From positions 115,940,001-116,004,000 of the forward strand of contig OX597823.1 of assembly GCA_951406725.2 (NCBI GenBank): a DNA stretch of 64,000 bases. The letters run 5' to 3'. Origin of the DNA: Octopus vulgaris. Taxonomy: Eukaryota. This document shows, in pieces, positions 1 through 12,983 of this stretch. The notes beneath the pieces were generated by a model. That model saw only the letters and a list, made by a program, of their open reading frames with translations, was not told the origin of the DNA and searched no databases. A program made the translations under genes and the position numbers. Each line of letters begins with the position of its first letter. Position 1 is the first letter of the stretch.

Positions 1-1016
1 TTGTATTTGAAAGGACGCACACCTCGGGAGACTTTTGATGAAATGAAAGTAACTTATGGTAATGATGCCCCATCATATGACCTTGTAAAACACTGGCATC
101 GTGAATTCAATGATGGTTGGAACTCTGTGGAAACAGCTCCCAGACATGGTCGCCCCTCTTCTGCCATTGATGAGGCATCTGTCCGTCAAGTTGAGGCTGC
201 CATTTTGGAAGATCGACGCATAACTATTCGCCAAATAGCCCATGAGGTCAAGTTTAGTACAGGGTCTGTGGAAACTATCATTCATGACCATTTGCATATG
301 CAAAAGGTGTCTGCTAGATGGATTCCCAGGTTGCTCACACCTTTCCAGAAGCAAGAACGCGTCGAGTGCTCGAGGGTGAATTTGGAGATGTGCCAAGAAG
401 ATGAGTCAAAATTTTTCAAAAGACTGATTACACAGGATAAAACCTGGGTCCATCACTATGATCCAGAGACCAAAGCCCAGTCAATGCAGTGGAAGCACCG
501 TGACTCACCTCCTCCAAAGAAGGCAAGGGTGCAGCCCTCCGCTGGCAAGGTCATGCTCACAGTCTTCTGGGACCAGGACGGAGTAGTGATGACAAATTTC
601 CTGGCAAAGGGTACCACAATTACAGGAGCCTATTATGTTTCACTTTTGAGGAAATTAAGAGAAGCTATCAAAATCAAGAGGCGGGGCAAGATCAGCAAAG
701 GCATCCTCCTCCTGCAGGACAACGTTCCGGTCTACAACTCGCGTGTCGCCAGATCAGAAGCACAGGTGTGCGGCTATGAACTCCTCCCCCATCCCCCTAC
801 TCTCCTGACCTTGCACCCTCTGATTTTCACCTCTTCCCAGCCATGAAGTTGTTTTTGAAAGGAAAGCGTTTCCCAGATGATGCAGCCTTGATTTCTGAAG
901 TCACGTCGTGGTTGGAGGACCAAGCTGGGGTCTTCTACAAAAACGGTCTCCAGAGTTACATCAAACGATGGGAGAAATGTGTAACTCTGAGTGGTTCCTA
1001 TGTAGAAAAAGACTAA
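1..1016 (+). pseudogene. Mariner (DD34D) transposase, 5' end outside window, one frameshift
   Basis: ORF 1-846 has the HTH region, WIPRLL (WVPHEL motif), ITQDKTWVHHYDPE and LLLQDN. A shift in the C-run near 792-797 continues as PYSPDLAPSDFHLFPAMKLFLKGKRF...IKRWEKCVTLSGSYVEKD, stop at 1014-1016. Confidence 0.95.
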
Positions 1017-1062
1017 TAACTGTGCCAAGTTTCGTTGCTCTACTGCTATGGGAAGTGGGTCA

Positions 1063-1091
1063 GGGGCATTACTTATTGAACGCCCCTCGTA
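1063..1091 (+). mobile_element. Right terminal inverted repeat of the mariner plus TA target site
   Basis: GGGGCATTACTTATTGAACGCCCCTCG followed by TA; reverse complement TA-CGAGGGGCGTTCAATAAGTAATGCCCC is a typical mariner end. Confidence 0.85.
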
Positions 1092-1582
1092 TGTATATTA
1101 ACAGTAAATAATCCATTAAAATTTAACAATATTATTGTAAAGCAAAAACACGAGTTATCATATTGATGAAAACCAGTTAAAAGAAATTTTAAACTTTAAA
1201 CTTACAATGTAGCATTGTAAAAAAAATCTCGTTAAACATGATATAAACAATAAATATACAATAAATAAATAAATAAATAGATATATGTATTTAACTAAAT
1301 GTGATGTAATATACCATTTACGGGGAAAAATTCTAAATTCTCAATAATTTAAAACGACATGTAAAAATGTGAAATTAATTAAATGTCCATAAATTAATAT
1401 ACATTCTTCAATTACTTTTATTAATCCCTTAGTTTAAAACTTATCCTAGTTATGTTCATACGCTACATAACCTACAACTAATTTATACTCATTATAATAC
1501 TACATAATACAACTACATAAACTAATAAATTAATAACATAAATCAAGTTATATATATTCACAAATTATCTAAACTTATTATA

Positions 1583-2630
1583 TTAGTAATTCGACCTATG
1601 TCTACATTTAATTTTCCTCTCATCTCGGAAATTAATCAATTGTTTTTTACATTGTAATATCTCCATAAATTCATTTGTACATAGTAAACAAAAATTATTA
1701 CCTATTCGATAAGATTTAGCTTTACAAACTATCTCCCATTTTAAATTATACTTAATTCCTTTAGATTTTAATTCCTATATATATTTGCTAAGGCCGGAAG
1801 AATTAATCAATGTTTTATTCTTAAACGAGTGCACGTGTCAATTTAATTTTATTAGACATCGGCCCCACGTAAATCGATTTTATTTTTTAACTATTCCTAT
1901 TAATATTATCATCTATCAGAGTCACTACGCATTTATATACTATATCAGCCAAGTTACATTTATTTTTAAATTTACATTTCGTCTTATCTCTACATGTGCA
2001 ATTAATAAAATTCTGGTCATTAGTATTATTGGAATTATTATATAATTTTTAAATATAAAACTTATTCAGCTTAAAACTATTAAAAGATGAAATAATGTTA
2101 CCAACATTATTAGTAGTAGAACAACCAACTCCAAAATTATTACTAGAAAAAATATTATTATATCTTTTATTATCTACAATAAATAATTCAATTAGTTTTA
2201 ATACCTCTTTAATAATGTTTGTTTTAGCTTGAGCTCCATAAGGAATAATTAACCAAATTTTATTGTTATTGTTAACATTATTTTTATTTATTATATTATT
2301 ATATTTCTTATTATCATTAACCACGTTAAATTTACTCTTTCACTTTTTTATTATATTTATGTTTTGTATTATCATAATACCTATTATTAAAACCATAATT
2401 AACTGAGCAAAACTTATCATAATTCTTAATTTTAGGTTTATAACTATAAATAACATATGAATCATTTATATTATTATTTTTTACATTATTATTAAATCTA
2501 CAATTATTAAAGAATTTAATACTTTTATTATATCCTGCTTCCCTCAAGGTTTCATCATAATAAGGTGCATGTTTTTGGAAAATCTCAAAATTAGATTAAA
2601 GTGCCAAAATTCTTTTTCCTATATTACCTA
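1583..2630 (-). mobile_element. Penelope-like retroelement remnant: RT thumb, linker and GIY-YIG endonuclease, 5'-truncated and disrupted
   Basis: Minus-strand translation across stops and shifts: GNIGKRILAL*SNFEIFQKHAPYYDETLREAGYNK ... KIWLIIPYGAQAKTNIIKEVLKLI ... CTCRDKTKCKFKNKCNLADIVYKC ... IYVG ... GLSKYI*ELKSKGIKYNLKWEIVCKAKSYRIGNNFCLLCTNE ... KCRHRSNY*. Confidence 0.85.
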
Positions 2631-2711
2631 TCTATCTATACAGGAACACACAAATGTACATACATACAATGCATTCAAGAAAGGTGACATCCATAAGCAC
2701 TAACACACATG

Positions 2712-2749
<38 letters not shown>

Positions 2750-2751
2750 TA

Positions 2752-2913
2752 TGATGGATTTCTTTCAGTTTCCGTCTACCAAATCCATTCACAAGGCTTT
2801 GGTCGGCCCAAGGCTATAGAAGGTATTTGCCCAAGGTGCCAGGCTGTGGGACTGAACCCAGAGCCATGTGGTTGGGAAGCAACCTTCTTACCACACAGCC
2901 ACTCCTGCACCTG
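2752..2913 (-). mobile_element. tRNA-derived SINE, family A, 5' half
   Basis: Reverse complement matches the head of the full copies at 30861 and 62931 (GGAGTGGCTGTGTGGTAAG...GGGTTCAGTCCCAC). Confidence 0.85.
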
Positions 2914-3000
2914 TATATATATGTATTAATAATAATATTAATATGACAACTAAAGAATGAATGAGACCTCGATATTATGTAAAATAGAGGAATTTATTTA

Positions 3001-3451
3001 TAAATATAATATGTGATAATTAGTTGGTTGTCATAATAAAACTCAGAGTTTCGAATACTGGGGCTGAAGTCTGCTCCAGCATCTCATTAGTTATCAAGAC
3101 AAACACTATGAAAAAAAAACCATTGAATAAAGGGAAATTACTCCAATAGGCATGGGGAAAATAATACTTCATTCATAGAATCCACATATGCAAACATATA
3201 TATACATACATGTGTGTATGTATGCGTATGTGTGCATGTATATGCGTGTATATATGTGTGTACATGCGGATTCTATGAATGAAGTATTACTTTCCTCATG
3301 CCTATTGGAGTAATTTCCCTTTATTCAATGGTTTCTTTTTTCATAGCATTTGCCGTAATAACTGATGAGATGCCGGAGCAGACTTCAGCCCCAGCATCTG
3401 AAACTCTGAGTTTTATTATGGCAATCAACTAATTGTCACATATTATATTTA
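3001..3451. repeat. Inverted repeat with about 190-bp arms (3001-3187 and 3263-3451), probable Penelope pLTR pair
   Basis: Arms are reverse complements (e.g. CCATTGAATAAAGGGAAATTACTCCAATAGGCATG vs CATGCCTATTGGAGTAATTTCCCTTTATTCAATGG) separated by a TA/TG microsatellite; each arm has an HHR motif. Confidence 0.9.
3351..3423 (+). ncRNA. Type I hammerhead ribozyme motif
   Basis: TGCCGTAATAA-CTGATGA-GATGC..GCATC-T-GAAAC-TCTGA-GTT-TTATTATGGCA: 11-bp stem I, intact core, GUU site, one extra base before GAAAC. Confidence 0.75.
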
Positions 3452-3552
3452 CATCTATCTATCTGTCTATCTATCTATATATATATCCTTCGTCTTTTGT
3501 TTATTTTCGTAAACCTGCCTTCGTCTTTTGTTTATTTTCGTAAACCTTCCCG

Positions 3553-3604
<52 letters not shown>

Positions 3605-3784
3605 TTATATATATAATGAATGACATAAACAAAACATTGTGTATCAGTAAAATTAGGTTATTGTTTTAGTTCATTTGAACCAACACATGGATAAGGAAAC
3701 ATGTAATTAAATGCTGACTATCATGGTGTATCTAACTGCATAATGTAGAGTCTATATAATAATCCTTTCTATATTATTATATAG

Positions 3785-3985
3785 ACACATTGCTTGAAAT
3801 TTGGTAGGAGAGGTTAAGCTGATTACATCGACCCCAGTACTCAACTGGTATTTAATTTATTGACCCCCAAATGAATGAAAGGCAAAGTCGACCTCGACTG
3901 AATTTGAACTCAGATCGTGTAGACACATGAAATGCCATGAAGCATTTTGCCCAACATGGTAAAGATTCTGCCATCTTGCTGCCGT
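3785..3985 (-). mobile_element. tRNA-derived SINE, family B
   Basis: Contains ATGAAAGGCAAAGTCGACCTCG..GAATTTGAACTCAGA, shared with about ten copies in the window. Confidence 0.85.
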
Positions 3986-4581
3986 ATCATTCTGTATAAT
4001 AATAAATTTCAAAGCATGTTTGTATGTGTGTTCCTTGTTTTTCGACTAAATTACACACTTTTGAAATAAAATAATTCATATTGTGTACTTTTAGACAGAA
4101 ACGTTTGAAAAAATGCTTCAAAAAATTTGAAGGGAATCTGATGCCTAAAAGCTTCAAAACAGAAGAATTTATGTTCGTTAATATACCAACATATTACACA
4201 AAAAAAAGTTGCCATTTCTGGTGGCAAAGAAAAGGAAAATGGCTTGTGGAGCCTTCCATACAGGAACCCACAAATGTTCATACATACAAAGCATTCAAGA
4301 AAGGTGACATCCATAAGCACTAACACACATGCTCACACACACATGCGTACTCACACATACACACACACACTCAAAGGGGAATGCCTGGGCACATAAATGC
4401 ACATTTAGACATACAAACATAACACATGCAGCATTCTGCAAAAGAAATTCACCAAATGTTTACAAATTTAGATAATAGTAAATGTCATTCATATTGATTA
4501 GATCTCATTCTTTCTCATGAATGTTGGACCCATTTCTTATTCTTCACTCTAACTTACTCTCTCTGTTCCTCTATCTCATGT

Positions 4582-4810
4582 TTAACCCTTTCGTTACTGT
4601 ATTTATTTTGAGATTCTCTGTTTTTGTCTTAATTATTTTAAATATAACAAATAATTTAGTAAAATAACTTAATTATCATTAAGCTAGTGTTAGGAACATT
4701 AATTATGACTAAGCTTTGGTGAAAGATTTTAATTCAAAACTTATGAAAATAAGACATTTGTACTACAGAGCCAGAGCTGGTTTCAGCCAGGTTAGTAACG
4801 AAAGGATTAA
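4582..4810. mobile_element. piggyBac-type MITE (221 bp) with TTAA target duplication
   Basis: TTAA-CCCTTTCGTTACT ... AGTAACGAAAGGA-TTAA; second copy at 63479-63707. Confidence 0.85.
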
Positions 4811-4849
4811 GAGATCCCTCATATAGACAGATCTATAAAGGTGTACTCG

Positions 4850-5765
4850 CCATTGTTATATAACATCCAGTTTCCATGCTGGCACAGGTTAGAAGGTTTA
4901 ACTGGGTCTGGCAAGCTGGAGGACTGCAGCTTGGATGGATCAATGTCTACTTTGGAATTGTATTTATGGCTGCATTCTCTTTCTTCCTAACACCAACCAC
5001 TTTACAGAGTGTATACAGAGTGTATTCAGTGCATTTTTTGTAGCCTCAGCATATTGATGATCGACTCATAGCTTGCAAGGTTAAGGCCATAAAGTGGTCC
5101 CTACAAATGGAGAACAGATGATATCATCATCATCGTTGTTTAACGTCCATTTTCCATGCTAGCATGGGTTGGACGGTTCGACTGGGGCTTGGGAAGCCAG
5201 GAGGCTGCACCAGGCACCAGTCTGATCTGGCAGTGTTTCTACAGCTGGATGCCCTTCCTAATGCCAACCACTCTGTGAGTGTACTGGGTGCTTTTTACGT
5301 GCCACCAGCACGTATATATATATTTATATATATATATACATATATATATATACACACACACAAACACAAACACAAATATGTATGTGTATATGTATGCATG
5401 TATCTTTATATGTATGATAGATACATACATACATACATATATATACAAATACAAACACAAGCACACAGTTTCATAAATCATCATCAACATCACCATCATC
5501 ATCGTTTAACATTCTTCTTCCATGCTTGCATAGGTTGGACGGTTTGACAGGAACTGGCCAGAAGGCAGTCTGTGCCATGCTTCTGAGTGTGTTTTGGCAT
5601 GGTTTTTATGGCTGGATGCCTGTCCTAGCACCAACCACTCCACAGAGTGGGCTGAGTGCTTTTTACATGGTACTCACACAAGTGAGGTCAGTTTTGGTAT
5701 GGTTTTTACAGCTGGATGCTCTTTCAGATGCCAACCACTTTACAGTGTGGACTGGGTGCTTTTTA
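4850..5765 (-). mobile_element. Three 3'-end fragments of the RTE-like LINE/SINE family with (GAT)n tail
   Basis: Repeated (CAT)n-CGTTTAACGTCC..TTTCCATGCTAGCATGGGTTGGACGGTT..CAGCTGGATGCCCTTCCTAA..CCAACCACTC near 4860, 5125 and 5490. Confidence 0.85.
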
Positions 5766-5799
5766 ATCAAAGGGTCTTTGAGATAATTTAGTGAAAATC

Positions 5800-6685
5800 A
5801 AAGTCTTAGTAAGAAATCTGTAAAATCACATTTCCTTTCAGATAGATGGCCCTCCTTGATATGTAGAAAAGGTGTAGGTAGAAACTCCATAAAGTGTACC
5901 CAGTGCAAGCTATGGACACATAAGAGGTGCAGCAATTTCAGAGGAAGATTACAGAGAAAATAGTCTTTGTGTGAGGCAGATGCAGAGGTACAGTAAATAC
6001 TAGAAATATACAGAAAATAGACTCCATCAAATGTGAAGAGGGGTACCTAGAAGTAGTTAATAGCATTCGATGTCTAGGTGACCAAATCAGCAGTGGAAAG
6101 GGAAACTCCAAGAGCATAGCTACTAGAATAAGAACAGGCAGAGCAAAGTCCAGAGAGCTTGACAGTGTGTAAGCACCTTGAAAGAAAAATTGGGCATAAG
6201 AGACATCAGATGTGGTGTGCAAGAGTTATGTCTACACCGGTGTGGTCATGTGATGTGTATGGATGAGAACAGCTGCATAAAGAAGTGCCAATCTCTACAT
6301 GTGGAGGGACCATGTGGAAGAGAACAACCATTGAAGACATGGGGCAAGTGGTGAATCATGATCTTCGAATGTGGAGTCTCATGGAGTTAATGACATGTGA
6401 CCGTGACATTTGGGGATTTGCTGTACTTGAGGAGACTCGTCAAGCCAAGTGTGAAATTGTAGTTGTGGCCAGGGCAGGTGACACATTACAGCATCCATGC
6501 TCGTGACACATAAATGGCACCTACTACACTCTCAGAGTGGTTGGCATTAGGAAAGGCATCCAACCATATAACCTAAGCCAAATTCAGACTGGAACCTCGT
6601 GCAGCTCTCCAGCTTACCAGTTCCAGTCAAACTGTCTAACCTACGTCAGCATGGAATGCAGGTGTTAAATGATGATGATGACGAG
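5800..6685 (+). mobile_element. RTE-clade LINE 3' portion (decayed RT C-terminus with Cys/His finger, 3' UTR, GAT tail)
   Basis: RWPSLICRKGVGRNSIKCTQCKLWTHKRCS, LEVVNSIRCLGDQIS..IATRIRTG, LKEKLGIRDIRCGVQE..GHVMCMDENSCIKKC, followed by the shared tail ending GTTAAATGATGATGATG. Confidence 0.8.
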
Positions 6686-7040
6686 ATATATATATATAGT
6701 CTATGTGTAAGTGTGTGTAGTCTACTTCTGTTTATAGAGTATGTGTGTGTTGTGTGTATGTATGTATCTATGTATGTATGTATACACACACATATATGTA
6801 TATAGAATAATATATATTGGCTTCCATCTTCTCAGACAAAGCAGAGGCCCATTGCTTTGTTAGTACACAATAACTGTGGCCAATACATGAAGAGTTATAG
6901 TCATATACATAGACACACACATGCACACACCTATATACATATATATATATGTATGTATGTGTATATATATAAATGTACACATATATGTATATATATATAT
7001 ACATACATATATACATATGTATATATATATACATATATAC

Positions 7041-7087
<47 letters not shown>

Positions 7088-7667
7088 TATACATACATGA
7101 AGCATACATCCATATGTGTGTATGAAAAGCACAGAGGGTAGCAGGCAATATGTTTAATGGTAACCAAATGATGCAATCCATAAGTCAATTCCATTACGGT
7201 GATGACGAATGTAGCAAACTATTCACATCACCATGGAAGATACTTATTGTGGTAGGTTGGAATTGTTGCAAAAAATCTTGTTTTGTTAATATTTTCCTTA
7301 TTTCTAAAATTGTGTTTATCACTTCTTTATTATTGGTGCTGTTGTTGTTGTTGTTGTTGGCATCGACACTGTGAGCACATCATTTTTGTAATAATGTATG
7401 CACACATGCTTAGATTTAGACATACATGCATTACACACAAAAATACATCTCGACATCGACTTCGTACACACACACACACACACACACACCACCACCACCA
7501 CCACCACCACCACCACCACCACCACACATACTGATTCATTCCATTCATTTCTGCTGTGGTTCTCAGAACACATTAAAATACATAATTGCAGAATATATTT
7601 GGACAAAAAGTTCATGGAGACAACCAGAAAATTTGAAAGCATATCTGTGCGTGCATGTGTGCGTGTG

Positions 7668-7710
<43 letters not shown>

Positions 7711-8909
7711 GTGCCACTCTATGATTTATTCAAGAATGCCATTGCTTATTTTATTGGTTCACTAGGAATAGATACTTTAAAAAGCATTTGAGATATTACT
7801 TATTGGAGAATGAATGACTGGTTTTTTTGTTTTTTTCTGGTACATATTTAGTTTTGCACAGCAGTGTGGGTATCCTGGGGTAGGTGTGATTAACTTGTTA
7901 TATAAACTGTCCATCTTGATATGAATGCAGACAAGAGTTAACAAAAAAAACAACTTTTTAACTTTCAGAATGGCTAAAAAAAAAAAGAAATAGTCTTAAA
8001 ACATGGCTAAAATATTCCAGGTGAATTTGTAGCATTAATTGAGAGCTAAATGTCCAAATATGTATAGCAAAATGTAACAGTGAGAGAGAGAGAGAGAGAG
8101 AGGAAGCAAGTGAGGTAGATAGATAGACAGACAGACAGGGGGATTGCGACTCTCACTATATGGGGTTGTTAGAAGTAAATCTATGGCAAGCTTAATACTG
8201 ACACAAAAACTAGCCTGGAGATGCTATTGTCACGGAGAATGGTTTTTAGCTTTTTATTTTATTCTGCTTTTTATTTAGTGACGATACTTTTCCATAGAAA
8301 GTCTTTAAACTAACTTTTGATTATGTTTTAGCAGCATGTCATAATAAACCCCTTCGTTAGTGATCACACAATTGAGTTCTTTTTTCACACTGTCAATATG
8401 TGATAAAAGTGTGGACAGTGATGCATTGATAGTTTAGCAGACAGTTCATAGATTTGTGTTGTGTCTATGGCCTAGATACTTAATTATCAGATGCTTCAGT
8501 CCACAAAAATGTCAGTGGGTCCCACAGGGCTAAGAAATTACCATTCTAAACAGCAATAACTTGGTAACATTGTGAAGTGTTTTATTAGATTGTTGTCTGA
8601 ATAGTGAATGTGACTTAGTAGTGGATGTGTTCCAACTCTCTAACTGACTCTAGCTATACGGGCCAATGACAGAACCTGTATCTGGTTGGTTAATTTGCTT
8701 GAAATATTAGCAAAGCCTCCGTCAAATTACATGCTTACCATCCTCAAAAAGAAGGTACTGGATAATGTTGTTTGATATAAATAAATAGTTGCTCATGTTA
8801 GAAATATCTTTGAACATAGCTTGCTCTGACCAAATTGAATTATTCAAATTAATAGTCACTCTTGTTTAAATTATTGTTGTTGGTAGTCAGTTAACTACTT
8901 CCCCTGTAA

Positions 8910-9365
8910 GGCACAGGTATGGCTGTGTGGTAAGAAGCTTGCGAGCTGGCAGAGACATTAGCATACCGGGTGAAATGCCTAGCGGTATTTCGTCTGCCAC
9001 TACTTTCTGAGTTCAAATTCCACCATGGTCGACTTTGCCTTTCATCCTTTCAGAGTTAATTAAATAAGTACCAGTTATGCACTGGGGTCGATATAATCAA
9101 CCTCATCTGTTTGTCTGTCCTTGCTTGTCCCTTCTGTGTGTAGCCTCTTGTGAGCAATAAAGAAACAAGTTGCTTGCTTGACAACCAATGTTGGTGTAGT
9201 TGCATCCCTGAAACTTAGCAGTTCAGCAAATGACACCAATAAAATAAGTACCAGGTTTATGGAAAATGAATCCTAGGATTGATTTCATCGACTAAAAAAA
9301 AGACAAAACCTTTAAGGCAGTGTTCCAGCATGGCCACAGTCAAACAACTGAAACCAGTAAATGAA
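8910..9365 (+). mobile_element. Family B SINE nested within a family A SINE
   Basis: A-type head to about 8942, B-type body 8943-9165, then A-type tail (TTGACAACCAATG..CCAGCATGGCCACAGTCAAA). Confidence 0.75.
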
Positions 9366-9539
9366 AGGAATGGATTTACTTGATAGTCACAGATATGTTT
9401 ATCCTGACATATTTCTGGGAGGCAATACACCAATACACCGATGTTTGGTAGGGATTTTGCTTTTACATTGTGAAGGCTGAACTTCCACACAGAACCTCCC
9501 TGACCAACTAATCTTTGTACAACCAAAGAAGAAATCTAA

Positions 9540-9945
9540 TCTCTATATATATGATGCTGAAGTTGTCTGTGTGTGTGTGTGGTAGGTTTGGTAGCCTTCA
9601 ACTAATACTATCTCCTCTGAGACCCTGCAGTACAAGTTGACTAAAATTGAAAGTATGATAGAAGAAGGCTTGCTCTTCATTCTGTAGGAGAAAAAAATTC
9701 AAATCGGACCATGTTAACACCAAAAATTATTTACATCAAAAAGGTGCTTTTTTTTCAATGAAAATCCCTACTTTTTACGATTTTGTGACTGCTGTGTCGC
9801 CATTTTTCAGTGTATTTCAACCAGAAAAATGTTCACTTAAAGAGAATAACAAGCTACATAATGCAAAATTTTTACTTTTCAAAAATTCCAATTCTAAAGG
9901 GTCAAAAAGAAAATAAACCCAAGCAACGCTGGGCTATACTGCTAG
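9540..9945 (+). mobile_element. Non-autonomous Helitron-like element
   Basis: Begins A|TCTCTATATATAT, ends with hairpin CCCAAGC-AAC-GCTGGG about 8 nt before CTAG|T; no target duplication. Confidence 0.65.
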
Positions 9946-11352
9946 TATTTAATGTCTTGACAAAGGGAAAGATATTCACGAGCGATGGATCCAACTCTTC
10001 CTATGTAAAATCACATTAACCAACTTAAAATATACCACAGAAAGAAAACACTTATCTCTGTCTTTCTAAAATGTTTAGTAATACAACGTAGCACTCCTTT
10101 ACAATCTTATACTAATTGGCCTTCTCCGCTATCTAATTAGGCTTTTCAAACGATCTCTAATTATTGATTGTGATATCAGTTCTTCCACACCTTTTCATTA
10201 GAACAATATAGCAGACAGGATTTCTTATTGAATGTATTGCTTCTGCCATGCTGTATCTTTGACAAATTAGTCTGTGTTTGTGCTCTTTCATTTCCTTTTA
10301 ATACGTTCCACCATGTTGGTGTTTTCTTCAGCCCTCTTCACCTAATTGATATTGCTGAAACCTATGCAAGTGTGAATCAACAGTGGTAGAAGGTGTGTTC
10401 TTGGGAGTGGCGATGTTCTGTCGGAGAAGAAATGCAAGGAATATAACAGTCAGCTCTACTTTCAGTGACATCATGATGTTTGTAAATGTTAGAAAACTAC
10501 TATTTAGTTCGATCAAGCACCACTTTATCATGCTTAAATGGTTATTTGTCAATTATTCTCTTGAAATTCTTAATATTTCACAATTATAGTTTGAAGTTTG
10601 GCAGCATTGAAAATAATGAAATAGCTATTTTGTTATGATCTTTGTTTTTTTGTGTGTGTTTTATTTTATTTATCTTACTATTTATTTACTATTATTTACA
10701 TTCTTCTTTGAGTTTTTCCTTTTGTGTTCATTGGCAGAAATGGTTGATGTTAGTTCAACCAGTAAGAAAAACTCTCCTACTTTTATTTGCACAGAGTAAT
10801 TCCGTGTGAGTGTGCAGACATGTGCATACGTGTGTATATATGTGTGTATATACTGGACGATTGTATGAAAGCAAAAATAACCTTAATGTTAATTCAGTTC
10901 ACATTCAAGATGTTGTCAAATGTGATTCCGTAGAGCTGTCTAAACCATGTCAAAATATGAAGGAAATCATAAAATCAGTCATATTGATAAAGAAACGATA
11001 ATGGTTGATCAGAAAATCTCTAACTTTTGAGAAACTTTTGATTAGCAGTATAAGATCCATGTGTAACATTAACAGAATAAAACAGTAAAATTATATGCTT
11101 TGCCCAAGGAAATATTTCACTGTGATGACTGAAGACAAAAGAGTTCAAATCCAGTCACATTCCAGAGAATAGGTTTTTATTTTTCATTTTGAGATTCTTT
11201 TTGTTGCATTCCATATAAAGACTCTAAGTTGTATATGTCCACAGAACATATTGATATTTGCTTACTTCTGCGTATGTTTGGATGATTCCTTAATCCTAAG
11301 GTTTGTTCAGCAGACATCAGGCACCAGCTTAAAATATTTATTCATCTCCTCT

Positions 11353-11384
<32 letters not shown>

Positions 11385-11937
11385 ATTTATATATATGTTT
11401 ATATATGTCTCTGTGTATACATACATATTAAATATACATATATATCTTTTGCTTTATTAAGCTTATCAATTCTAGATTTTTTCACTTGATTTTTGTATGT
11501 TCAGCTCATAATGGTTTTTAACCTTCAAGTTATGCCCTTATAAACTGTACTCTCTCCCGAATTTCTGGTTGACATCTAAGTCATGTGTATGTAGTCAAGT
11601 GATCTAGAAATTCAGTGAGGAAGCTATAAATGATGAACATGTCTTATTTTATTGCTTAGTAAAATCTTTCTTATCATGCTAGATGTTTGCTCTACTGTTA
11701 GAGAAGTGAGGCTGTTATGTCCTTGGATAAACTTATTGTAAGAATCACAAAAGAGAAAAAATCAGAAAGACTTTGTTTTGTTGTTAATAAAAGAAGGTAA
11801 AAATAGATGTAAATAAATAGTTTTGATTAAATCTTTTAAAAATATGTCAGGATTCGATCTCACTATCTCCCTTTTCTATCTGCACCTTTTCCCATGATGG
11901 AAAGAACTGGCACCAAGAAGTTATTGAATTAAAGAAT

Positions 11938-12490
11938 TCATCATCATCATCATTGTTCAACCGTATTCGAGACAATGGAATTTACCATGCTACGCCAGAC
12001 TTCACGGTCCATCATAGCATTACGGAGGTCCTGTTGCTTGATGCCTGTATCCCTGGAGATTACATCAGTGTAGGAGAGTGTGCGCCCTCTGGTATCGAGA
12101 GTAGATGGCTTCCAGAGGAGAAGAGTAGAAATTACCTCGTTTTCAGCTCTACAACAATGTCCAGCAAACTGGACTCACCTACCTTTCACAAGAGATGACA
12201 CAAGTGGTAATTTCCCATATATTTGTACTTTGGTTGGATGATGCTTCCACGAGAGATTTTGAGCTCTCATAAGGAGGCAAGTGTAAGTTTCATCCAACCA
12301 CCTCTCAAGCTACTTTGATAACGTCCAGGTTTCTGAGCCATAAATTAGAATTGGTTCGACTGTGGCTTTGAAGATTTTAAGTTTGAAGTCTCTACTTAGA
12401 TTTGATGACCAGATCTTATGCATATCATTACAGGCTGACCAGGCCATACCCTTCCTAGTTAGAAAATCTTTTCCAGATGATGAAGTCATA
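11938..12490 (-). mobile_element. RTE-like LINE 3' fragment (second family), RT C-terminus
   Basis: KDFLTRKGMAWSACNDMHKIWSSNLSRDFKLKIFKATVEPILIYGSETWTLSK, then QNLSWKHHPTKVQIYGKLP..QFAGHC; (GAT)n tail at 11938-11953. Confidence 0.85.
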
Positions 12491-12983
12491 CTTGTGTTGT
12501 AGCTTAATAAATTCACCAACAAAATGATAATTTTTTTCCCCATCTCTTTCTATATACTTGCTTTCTTTATGTTGAATATTCCTACTGACAAAGCACCAAC
12601 CATTATCATTATCAACAAATGCATTGGAACTCTTCAAATTTTTAACACTTGAACCACACACTTTGATAAAGAAAACTCTAGGAATCTTATTCATTCTTAT
12701 TTATGTCATTTTTGTTGGTAAGGTCAGATTTTTGAAATGAGACAGAACAAAATATTTTGTTTACAGAATTAAGTAAAAGAAAGTATCAAACAGAAACTAA
12801 AAAAAATTAATTTAATTACTTTCATAGTGTTTTCATTGGTTGTTGTATAAGTAATTATAGTAATATTTAGTCACAAAATATGCTTATAATTACTTTCAGT
12901 TCTAACATATTTCATTTCATCAAGATTTTTGACTCAAATTAATTGACTCTCTTAACACATTCTTTAATTTTCTTCCTTTTCAG

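Noticed and set aside
1100-2630. Mitochondrial insertion (NUMT) because of extreme AT content
   Set aside because: Minus-strand translation gives Penelope RT and GIY-YIG motifs instead.
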